Assembly: GCA_022711395.1 (NCBI GenBank)
Contig: JAKLFA010000003.1
Span: 34,509-98,508 of the forward strand
Direction: 5' to 3'
DNA: 64,000 bases
Origin: Candidatus Omnitrophota bacterium
GTDB lineage: Bacteria; Omnitrophota; Gorgyraeia; Zapsychrales; JANLHA01
Below, piece by piece: positions 27,901 through 34,119 of the stretch; position 1 is the stretch's first letter; every line of letters starts with the position of its first letter. The position numbers were made by a program, and so were the translations under genes. Below the pieces are notes generated by a model. The model saw only the letters and a list, made by a program, of their open reading frames with translations. It had not been told where the DNA came from and made no database searches.

Positions 27901-29352
27901 TTTTGTGCTTTCCACATCTCCAGAAAGAGAATACGTTGCCCCGGACTTGACCGTAACAGGATCCACATCAAAGATCCATTCCATTTCCTTCAAAGAAAAC
28001 TGCTTCGAAATATCCTCAAAGTATTGTTTCGCGTAAGGGATCATCATCTGATAAAAATCAGAATCTCCCTGCTGCGCGATCTCTGCAGAGATCTCATCTT
28101 TCGCGTTATTGACGACCTGGCCCTCCTGAGCCTCCATAAACTGTCCAAGCTGGTCCAAAAGCGTCTTCCACTGGGATTGTTCCTGCTTAAAACTGCCGGC
28201 CAGCCCTTTCTCATTGACCATCTCCGCCCTGGAAGAATACGACAGGCACTTATAATACCAGCCATCGGCGACATTCCTTAATCCGCCGACCGCCTTAAGG
28301 TCTTTCGGCTTTAACGCCGCGACCTTTGAAGAGACGTTCTTCCGTTCAGCCTGGCTTTGGGCCAGATAGCTCGGATACTGCGGGATCTCCTGCTGGATCT
28401 TCTTAATGTCCAGGAACTCTTTGAGCATCTGGGCGAAATCACCGTTATAGAAATGGCCCACACGCTCCGCGAACTTCTGGAACTCCGCCAACTGCTGACG
28501 GAGCCTCGTCTCAGCCCATGACTGCCTGGCCATCTTATTGACTTCTTTGATCACTTTCATGATCCAGGTTCGGCCTTTTTGGCGCCATTCATCGCCCATC
28601 ATCTCGATTTCAGCGCTCCGGGCGGTATCAACCCCCGAACCGATCGCTGCAAAGCTGCTGATCCATTCTCCCCAGCTTTGCTCTGGCCATTCTTCTCCCA
28701 ACACCGTGGTAACATACGCCTGCAACGCGGCCCGCGCGCTGTCATTGGTCATCACGTATTTGTTGAAAAAATAATCCGCGCTGGCGGATGTTTCCGGGAT
28801 GGTCGGAGGCGTGTCCGATTTCGGGTCGACCGTCCCCATCAAACGGCGGTCATTGTTCATCATGCCATAAAGCACTTCCACCTTCAGGGCGGCCCCGGAT
28901 TCCTGGACCATCTTATGCGACTCATAGGTCAGTTTTGCCATTTCCCACGTCAACGATACCAGCGGATGGTTCACGGTCGAAACAACCTGGTCAATAGCCG
29001 CGAAGGCCGCGTCATCATATTTTCCCTCGGTCATCGCGATGCAGAACTTTTCGATCTGACCGACAATATTAACGATATTATTGATCTTGTCTTTGACCAC
29101 CGGAAGGTCGGCTTCGCTGTTCTGGAACATGAATTTCTCCATCCCGCCGATCGCTTCCCACATCCAGTTGGTATATTCATCTTTGGCCGCGGTCTTGAGG
29201 CCCTTGACCACGTCTTTCTCAGAGGCCATGGCTGTCGCCGCACTGAGCCCCAGTGAGATCAGTTTTGGAGGGTCATCATCAGCGAACGCGCAACGGTTAA
29301 AGGCCACTGTCAAGCACAGCACAGCCAGCAAAAAACTTTTTCGAAATGACAT
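24937..29352 (-). CDS. Giant secreted protein A (1471 aa), family unrecognised, paralog of the gene at 20453..24790.
   Basis: Signal peptide MSFRKSFLLAVLCLTVAFNRCAFA. Asp-box-like motif LSDDGGRTWQD. Its unique C-terminal roughly 90 aa (GGESWALGSTQNITWTSSGVVAVSIEYWEGWWVPLVASTPAAAGTYSWDIDGFLPPVPNCQVRITAVEDPNISDTSDGTFSLF) resemble a Kre9/KNH-like GPI-anchored-family Ig-like domain. A GGAG ribosome-binding site sits 10 nt after the lipoprotein gene's stop. Confidence 0.7.
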   Translation of the reverse strand: MSFRKSFLLAVLCLTVAFNRCAFADDDPPKLISLGLSAATAMASEKDVVKGLKTAAKDEYTNWMWEAIGGMEKFMFQNSEADLPVVKDKINNIVNIVGQIEKFCIAMTEGKYDDAAFAAIDQVVSTVNHPLVSLTWEMAKLTYESHKMVQESGAALKVEVLYGMMNNDRRLMGTVDPKSDTPPTIPETSASADYFFNKYVMTNDSARAALQAYVTTVLGEEWPEQSWGEWISSFAAIGSGVDTARSAEIEMMGDEWRQKGRTWIMKVIKEVNKMARQSWAETRLRQQLAEFQKFAERVGHFYNGDFAQMLKEFLDIKKIQQEIPQYPSYLAQSQAERKNVSSKVAALKPKDLKAVGGLRNVADGWYYKCLSYSSRAEMVNEKGLAGSFKQEQSQWKTLLDQLGQFMEAQEGQVVNNAKDEISAEIAQQGDSDFYQMMIPYAKQYFEDISKQFSLKEMEWIFDVDPVTVKSGATYSLSGDVESTKEILLKECNMGNIAEALAIYSVWQGAAKKHFDDWKAAMAPVLDKVPETESFAQKTAAMNTALNGIYAELETISKARAALVASLPNCPENGSEEQCQRIINSNTATMQAFDAQIPPVKNRLWALQKESAAVQNGWVAATAKAKETAGRLTVMAEKTYSENISAAAEVVNAFQSLADARKQQYDKLKEMMDYIRKTIPMDVDQLVSSLQDDLKRMGEEAHTYITPLREDNPHPVYAGASLISLATQLASQGSSPSWVMEEKGSYEKLFSTWKQASEMWNTKAPIDDADIAEIQVLVKPDFDLQKEIKAINEAVVAAGSAPARITAILDKKLQLAETDRDNRDKDSYWLIEKARVIDRFFREQFDKGRLRNDQGSLQVALPGPVENGMVKTYEPYPHYLLQAELDALEKAIMDDYKASPAFAIMQKYLPGHHEALLKVLSLPGISGAKEENLIVRTEVVYASDLKKAEDLIKKMSPTGNDYTEQIAAVAKYLPYVLDVATDNEKAYYERQAKLYGMTLEEYQKKVLRKSLSQPSYTMRDIDLAGDGLGTHELGKKYLELRDKVKALVEGHHTAAVMEQQSILEQQTREEMRRRDEEAMRQAIAEGERRIDESGPFGMASYYGYSIENPRLNSRSMADVRGDVILSKADLITGQMIIEARLFTIDKAQTILLSDDGGRTWQDIGLSQDISVRFSPLPDREYDFILRIKTTDQREPQVRIFSMVDSITYRDVDFEQLVPETVKRIADAYEQANMTVFSDHISSDYLGNKSALEEGVRFDFDMFINIRLTIYINRIQQRGDMFVVETKWDKTQTPRNTGEEQRTSGKTTFTFVLEEGKMRIKNLRGDLIYATLSPEIAQASGKNSSVVDEIRTARDDRNPTQPGAGTTEDSGGVTSSSDDEEASITVTSPNGGESWALGSTQNITWTSSGVVAVSIEYWEGWWVPLVASTPAAAGTYSWDIDGFLPPVPNCQVRITAVEDPNISDTSDGTFSLF

Positions 29353-29362
29353 AGAGTCTCCT

Positions 29363-29827
29363 TTAAAAAGTAAAGATCGAATTCCCTTGAATTTTGTATA
29401 TAAGCCATTGACCGTTCTGATTTTGATAAACGGTCGTGCAACGTCCTTCTTTCAATATCAAGCTCCCCGTGGAGCGGCTTGCTGCTTTTTTCTGCCAGGA
29501 AAAAGTAACGGCGAGCTTTTGGCCCTGCATCAACGCCTTGTCGATCGTGAATGAAAAATTGAGCGGAGTTGCCGAGTGAAAGGACGCTTCTGTCTCGTTC
29601 AAAAACGCGTATTTGTCCGGCATGAACTCATCCGAAACGCGGTCGGAAAAATCCTGCCGTTGAAAACCGGCGAACAGGTCCCAATCCCGCTGAACAAGCT
29701 GCTGCGCCAGCGCCCTCTTATTAAGAGAAGGCCCCTGCTGCGCGGCAGGAACGGACCGGCCGCTCGCGCAGGAAGCGAGCAAAACGGAACACAATACCAA
29801 GCACCCGGGCCAAGAGATCTTTTTCAT
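29363..29827 (-). CDS. Small lipoprotein (154 aa)
   Basis: Signal peptide with lipobox MKKISWPGCLVLCSVLLASC. It is translationally coupled to the beta-barrel gene upstream (11-nt gap with a GAGGAAAAA ribosome-binding site) and to giant gene A downstream (10-nt gap). Confidence 0.65.
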   Translation of the reverse strand: MKKISWPGCLVLCSVLLASCASGRSVPAAQQGPSLNKRALAQQLVQRDWDLFAGFQRQDFSDRVSDEFMPDKYAFLNETEASFHSATPLNFSFTIDKALMQGQKLAVTFSWQKKAASRSTGSLILKEGRCTTVYQNQNGQWLIYKIQGNSIFTF

Positions 29828-29838
29828 GGATTTTTCCT

Positions 29839-31569
29839 CTAGAAATTAATAACACATTTCAAAATGAGCTGATGCTCTTTATAATTCAATGTGCCGTCTT
29901 CATGCATGTAACGGTTAATGTCCCCCCTGAGGACGATATGCCGGTCACGGTCCTTGCCCAGCGTCCAATCCAATTCCATGAACGAACGGTTGTTGGTGTA
30001 ATCCGCGTTGGCCTTGGCGTTATTGCTGTCCATCAAATTGTGCCCGAACCGGGTCAAAAAATTCTTTGAAATATCGTATTGCCCGGAAAACCCTAACGAG
30101 GCGTTGACGTCATAATTATCATCTGTCTTGATCCGCCGGAAATCCATGCCCGGATTAAGGGAAAGATACAGGCGGCGAGCCACAACATAATATTCCCGGG
30201 CAAAGGTCATCCCCAGACGGTTGAAATAATCCGACGCGCTTTTATCATGCCGGTTGCTAAAGGCCCGGTACTGATACGAAAACCCGACATCCGTTTCTTT
30301 GAACCGGTCATAGAGCCCAAACCCGGAGGTAAATGTGCTGCTTTCCAGCGTGTTGGCAACATCATCGGAATTGCGTAAATTATATCCTGTGTTCAGGCGC
30401 ACCCGAAAAGTCTCGCGGGAGGCTAACGGCAAAAAATTCATCGTCACGCTTTTTTCATCATTGATCGTCCGTTTTGTGCGCGAACTGCCGGTCAAATGGT
30501 CCCAATAATAATTATGCAAAAGCGACACGGACGCCCGTTTGCTGAAGCGATGGTCCACGGTCGTCTGATGCTGGACCTTATCCGGCGAGGCGGAACCCAC
30601 GTCCGCATAAAACTGCGGCTGCGTGTAACCGTAAAGATGCCGCACCGTGGTCTTGCCGAACTTCAGCTGAGGCGTCACCCTCAAGGCGTTGCCGTAGCTC
30701 TGGTCCTTGACCGTTGCCGAATCCTCATCCGCCAGATACATACTGCGGGCCAGTTCATAGTTCAGGGAAAAATACCGGACAAACGCCAGGTCCCCGTCGA
30801 CCGAAAGGACGCTGTTGCGCAGGTCCGTAAACGATGAGGTCCGGTCAGGGTCCGAACTGTCATCCTGCACGGTCACCGCCTGAAAACCAAGCCGGGAATT
30901 GGAGACCGTTTCGGAATCCTTGAACCAGAACGTGTCGAATTTTGTCCCAAAGACATTCCGTTGAAACGTTGATGCCGCCTCATCAGGACCATCCTGACGC
31001 GCCGCGATGTATTTCATGGCAAGGGTTTCGTTGGGCTTGACCTCAGCGGTCAACCCTTCCAAAGACGATCCCATAGTCAAAGGGCTCAATTCGCCATAAA
31101 AATCCCCGGCAAGGAACAGATTGTCGGGGTTGGAAACTTTCAATGAATATTCTTTGATGCGGACATCCCTTCGGGGCTCTATGCGGGGATTGTCGGTCTT
31201 GCGCATCATGAGCTGGCCTTCCATATTATAATCGCTCCACAGCTTTTCCTGCATGTTGAGGTCCATCTCGGTCAGATAATCCCATCCTTTATCAAGGAAT
31301 GATTTTGACTTGTTGCCGCTGACCTTATCATACTCCGCCTGGGTGAGAACAGAACCGCTGATCCGGCCGGAGCGCTCGGACATGGGGCGGTCAGAACTGA
31401 GGTCCATCAGGTCCTTAAAACGCTGTGAAAGCGGATAGCTCTTATTTTGCTCTGATTTTTCTCCGCCGCCATTGCCAAAATAATAGACCTCAGCGGAAAA
31501 GGCGTAAGGTGTTGAAAAAAAACAGCATAGAACTGAGAACAAAACTAATTGGTAGATAGTTTTTTTCAT
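29839..31569 (-). CDS. Outer-membrane beta-barrel protein (576 aa), family unrecognised
   Basis: Signal peptide MKKTIYQLVLFSVLCCFFSTPYAFSA. Alternating hydrophobic / Y,R,N,D,S,T-rich beta-strand pattern throughout, with a C-terminal ...ILKCVINF ending in the aromatic residue typical of the outer-membrane-protein signature. An AT-rich promoter region lies upstream at 31570..31673. Confidence 0.7.
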   Translation of the reverse strand: MKKTIYQLVLFSVLCCFFSTPYAFSAEVYYFGNGGGEKSEQNKSYPLSQRFKDLMDLSSDRPMSERSGRISGSVLTQAEYDKVSGNKSKSFLDKGWDYLTEMDLNMQEKLWSDYNMEGQLMMRKTDNPRIEPRRDVRIKEYSLKVSNPDNLFLAGDFYGELSPLTMGSSLEGLTAEVKPNETLAMKYIAARQDGPDEAASTFQRNVFGTKFDTFWFKDSETVSNSRLGFQAVTVQDDSSDPDRTSSFTDLRNSVLSVDGDLAFVRYFSLNYELARSMYLADEDSATVKDQSYGNALRVTPQLKFGKTTVRHLYGYTQPQFYADVGSASPDKVQHQTTVDHRFSKRASVSLLHNYYWDHLTGSSRTKRTINDEKSVTMNFLPLASRETFRVRLNTGYNLRNSDDVANTLESSTFTSGFGLYDRFKETDVGFSYQYRAFSNRHDKSASDYFNRLGMTFAREYYVVARRLYLSLNPGMDFRRIKTDDNYDVNASLGFSGQYDISKNFLTRFGHNLMDSNNAKANADYTNNRSFMELDWTLGKDRDRHIVLRGDINRYMHEDGTLNYKEHQLILKCVINF

Positions 31570-31673
31570 ACCCTGTCCTGTTTGGTGAGTGATAAAAATG
31601 GAAATATGAAATATTATATATAGAAAAAATATAAAAACAAATGAAAATTATCGCTTTTTTACTGAAACAGCCT

Positions 31674-32531
31674 TTAAAAAATGTGCTGAACAATATAATC
31701 CGCAATATACTGATTGGCCTTGAAATTCGGATGCGAGTCATACCTGCTGATAGCATATTGACCGGGGTCTTGCTGATATCCCGGCAGGATATCCTTGATC
31801 TGATGCACTGTGATCCCCGCGCGCTGAAAACGTTCCAGGAGGTCCTCGTCACGCTCCACGTGCTTTTTATTATGACTATCCCGCGCCCCCCAATAGACCA
31901 CATGAAATTCCAACCCGGGAAATTTATCCTGCAGGGCCTCTTTTGCAGAAAGAATGATCGCAAGATAAGTTTTAAGGTCCTTTTCACAAGCAGGGTCGCA
32001 CTCTCTAAAAAACCTCTGATAAACAGCGCTTTTCTGAAACAAACGCCTAAGGATCATCCGGCACTTATGATCATCAAAACGACCGTCATGAACGGACGCT
32101 CCGGCGGGAGACAGGACATAGTGCGGGCCATGGCTCCCCCACCACTTTTTCCCCGCAGCCCGGGACACATGGGAAAATTCCGTCTGAAAGATCGCGTATC
32201 GTGGCCGGCAGCGAACAGCCCCGTCAACAACTCCATGCTCGATCGCGCTCAGCATCTGATGGGGCCCATAACCATGAAACCCGAAATTATAGGTCTTCCT
32301 GTTGGAGATCTTCCCGGCCAGATAAGGTATGGTTTCCTCATCCTCCAGCCCCTCTCCGAAGGTCATGGAACATCCAAAAAACAAGACCGCCGCATCGCAT
32401 GGCTCCGTCGCGGCCGCGAAAGACCGTCTCAATCCGTCCTCATCGATCGAATAGGTCACATCATAGACCGTCTCGTTATTGCAAACCCGACGGACCCTGT
32501 TGCGCGTGTTGCGGGCCGGCACGGTCCCCAA
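31674..32531 (-). CDS. SGNH/GDSL-type hydrolase (putative esterase / O-acetyltransferase-like). Its N-terminal membrane-anchor region appears to be cut off by an in-frame TGA.
   Basis: Block I FFGCSMTFGEG (Ser in a GDS-like context) and a C-terminal catalytic RYDSHPN (D..H). The track ORF starts at a TTG at 32531. The upstream in-frame sequence encodes hydrophobic segments with no start codon (see finding). Confidence 0.6.
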   Translation of the reverse strand: MGTVPARNTRNRVRRVCNNETVYDVTYSIDEDGLRRSFAAATEPCDAAVLFFGCSMTFGEGLEDEETIPYLAGKISNRKTYNFGFHGYGPHQMLSAIEHGVVDGAVRCRPRYAIFQTEFSHVSRAAGKKWWGSHGPHYVLSPAGASVHDGRFDDHKCRMILRRLFQKSAVYQRFFRECDPACEKDLKTYLAIILSAKEALQDKFPGLEFHVVYWGARDSHNKKHVERDEDLLERFQRAGITVHQIKDILPGYQQDPGQYAISRYDSHPNFKANQYIADYIVQHIF

Positions 32532-32726
32532 GACCTCATCTTTCTGGAAATAACCCTGTGTTTCGTTTGTCTGACAACGGACCTGGAACGACCGCGAGAC
32601 AGCCGCCCCCGCCTCCAGAATCCCAAGGCAGGCGAAAAGAACGGCCGCGTTATAAAAAAACAGCCGTTTAAACGTTGCCGTCCCGCTGCCAAGGCGCGCA
32701 AAAAACGCAGCAGCGCAGCAGAACAG

Positions 32727-32864
32727 TCAAATATAAGGATAACAATTGTATTTAAGATCCAGGACGGTCAATATGACCAAAACCAGAACCGCCGCGCCCT
32801 GCCAAAAACCAGCACGGGTTGAGGCGGCAAAAAGATCTTTCCAGTTGGCGATGGGATTTTTCAT
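32727..32864 (-). CDS. Small 45-aa TM peptide ORF in the same frame as, and terminating 195 nt upstream of, the SGNH hydrolase ORF.
   Basis: Manual translation gives MKNPIANWKDLFAASTRAGFWQGAAVLVLVILTVLDLKYNCYPYI followed by TGA. Continuing in frame gives LFCCAAAFFARLGSGTATFKRLFFYNAAVLFACLGILEAGAAVSRSFQVRCQ..., which runs into the hydrolase domain. Confidence 0.3.
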   Translation of the reverse strand: MKNPIANWKDLFAASTRAGFWQGAAVLVLVILTVLDLKYNCYPYI

Positions 32865-33064
32865 AGAGAATATTCTGTCTCAAAGTGGATTTTCTGTCGA
32901 TGTATTTTCGCTTTATTTTTAGCTGACCCCGCGCCAACAGGGCTCAGTCTTTCCTAAATAAAAAGGTTCCCGGCATGAATGCGAAGCCTTTTGGGGACGG
33001 CCCACAGCATCCCTCGGACATTCCGTCCTCGGTCGCTGCCTCGACCAAGAACTTCTTATTCAAT

Positions 33065-33099
33065 AAAAAAGGCACCCCGCAAAACAGGATGCCTTTTTT
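33065..33099 (-). terminator. Rho-independent terminator downstream of tRNA-Asp. GC stem-loop GGCACC.../...GGATGCC flanked by A6 and T6, so it is bidirectional in form.
   Basis: aaaaaaGGCACCCCGCAAAACAGGATGCCtttttt read directly. The tRNA 3' end is at 33107. Confidence 0.65.
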
Positions 33100-33106
33100 A
33101 TTTAAA

Positions 33107-33183
33107 TGGCGGGGCTGACGAGACTCGAACTCGCGACCTCCGGCGTGACAAGCCGATATTCTAACCAACTGAACTACAGCCCC
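33107..33183 (-). tRNA. tRNA-Asp (anticodon GTC), CCA encoded
   Basis: Reverse complement: GGGGCTGTAGTTCAGTTGGTTAGAATATCGGCTTGTCACGCCGGAGGTCGCGAGTTCGAGTCTCGTCAGCCCCGCCA. It folds as a cloverleaf with anticodon stem TCGGC/GCCGG and loop TTGTCAC. Confidence 0.85.
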
Positions 33184-33192
33184 AAAAATCAA

Positions 33193-33275
33193 GACACAGA
33201 ACACTAGACACAGGACACATAAAAACCACAAACCAAACAAGGCCCTACCGCTCCCTGTGTCGTGTGTCGTGTGTC
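33193..33275. repeat. Heptamer-array inverted element A. Left arm GACACAG-AACACTA-GACACAG-GACACAT, 34-nt spacer, right arm CTGTGTC-GTGTGTC-GTGTGTC. Lies between tRNA-Asp and tRNA-Val.
   Basis: Tandem 7-nt units read directly. The arms are mutually reverse-complementary, forming an imperfect long hairpin. Confidence 0.7.
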
Positions 33276-33286
33276 ATCGTCGTATA

Positions 33287-33359
33287 TGGGCGGTGCTGGG
33301 CTCGAACCAACGACCACTTGAATGTAAGTCAAGTGCTCTACCAACTGAGCTAACCGCCC
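33287..33359 (-). tRNA. tRNA-Val (anticodon TAC), CCA not encoded
   Basis: Reverse complement: GGGCGGTTAGCTCAGTTGGTAGAGCACTTGACTTACATTCAAGTGGTCGTTGGTTCGAGCCCAGCACCGCCCA. Anticodon stem CTTGA/TCAAG with loop CTTACAT. Confidence 0.85.
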
Positions 33360-33421
33360 TGAAAATCAGTGATCAACTAACAATGAACAATGAAAAATTT
33401 CCAACCTCTCAAGAATGAGGA

Positions 33422-33450
33422 ATAATACTATAAAAGGTATTTACTGTCAA
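33422..33450 (-). promoter_or_regulatory. Sigma-70-type promoter for the tRNA-Val / tRNA-Asp unit: -35 TTGACA, 17-nt spacer, -10 TATTAT.
   Basis: The minus strand reads TTGACAgtaaataccttttatagTATTAT, about 60 nt upstream of the tRNA-Val 5' end. A half array AACTAAC-AATGAAC-AATGAAA (33375-33395) lies in the leader. Confidence 0.6.
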
Positions 33451-33469
33451 CTAGAAAAAATCTCCGTCA

Positions 33470-33550
33470 GACACCAGACACACGACGCATGACACAGGAA
33501 AACCTCAAATTTTCAACCCCCCTTGTGTCCTGTGCCCTGTGTCTTGTGTC
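33470..33550. repeat. Heptamer-array inverted element B. GACACCA-GACACAC-GACGCAT-GACACAG, 25-nt spacer, TTGTGTC-CTGTGCC-CTGTGTC-TTGTGTC. Lies 17 nt downstream of the atpK stop codon.
   Basis: Read directly. Same unit family as elements A and C. Confidence 0.7.
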
Positions 33551-33566
33551 AGCTCGCAGATGCAAA

Positions 33567-34022
33567 CTATGGCGCGATCGCGTTGGCTGAAATCATGAAA
33601 AACACCATGACAAACAGCGCCACGGTCTCGATAATACCCAGAACGATCATGTAATTGGTGAACCCTTTTCCGGTCTCCGCTAAGGCGTCGCAGGCGCTTG
33701 CCGCGGCCTTCCCCTGCATCATGGCCGAAACGCCCAGCGCCAGGCCTCCGAAGATCCCGAAACCCCACGCATAAACGCCCTGAGCGACCAGGCCGCGCAA
33801 GGTCAACAGGAGCAAAAATCCGTAGATCGTCTGTGTCAAAGGAGCGCCGACAAAAGCCAGCAGCAAAAACGGCGCGGCCTTGCCCTGCGCGTAGCATTTT
33901 TTCCAGGCCCCGACCGCCGCCATCCCCGCGTAGCCGGCCCCCAACCCTGAGCCCACGGCAGCCAAAGCGACTGCGGCCGAGATCCCCAGGTCCTTCAATT
34001 GAGCTAAAACTGTCGCATCCAT
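33567..34022 (-). CDS. atpK: V-type ATP synthase subunit K (proteolipid c subunit, double hairpin)
   Basis: 151 aa with 4 TM helices, Gly/Ala-rich (GLGAGYAGMAAVGAW...), and the conserved carboxylate in ...GIIETVALFVMVF. Confidence 0.85.
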   Translation of the reverse strand: MDATVLAQLKDLGISAAVALAAVGSGLGAGYAGMAAVGAWKKCYAQGKAAPFLLLAFVGAPLTQTIYGFLLLLTLRGLVAQGVYAWGFGIFGGLALGVSAMMQGKAAASACDALAETGKGFTNYMIVLGIIETVALFVMVFFMISANAIAP

Positions 34023-34049
34023 GTATGGTTCCTTTCTTAAAACTTAAAC

Positions 34050-34119
34050 GACACACGACACAAGACACATGACACAAGAAACTACAATTCCCTGTGTCAT
34101 GTGTCCTGTGTCTTTGTGC
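34050..34119. repeat. Heptamer-array inverted element C. GACACAC-GACACAA-GACACAT-GACACAA, 14-nt spacer, CTGTGTC-ATGTGTC-CTGTGTC-TTTGTGC. The right arm overlaps the last 7 codons and the stop of atpI.
   Basis: Read directly. The atpI C-terminal TKTQDT* is encoded by the array. Confidence 0.7.

Noticed and set aside
31490-31987. 165-aa minus-strand ORF spanning the beta-barrel-gene promoter region
   Set aside because: It overlaps the beta-barrel gene start and the SGNH 3' end, lies in an AT-rich region, and has implausible composition.
32727-32729. Alternative genetic code (UGA sense) to explain the in-frame TGA before the SGNH domain
   Set aside because: Standard-code ORFs are long and uninterrupted throughout the window and several genes end in TGA, so the genome-wide code is standard.
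31641-32822. 393-aa plus-strand ORF overlapping the SGNH hydrolase gene
   Set aside because: Low-complexity R/P/K-rich translation with no motifs. The minus-strand frame has clear SGNH catalytic blocks, so the plus ORF is read as an antisense artefact.
32944-33240. 98-aa minus-strand ORF covering tRNA-Asp
   Set aside because: It runs through a tRNA gene and its terminator, so it is spurious.
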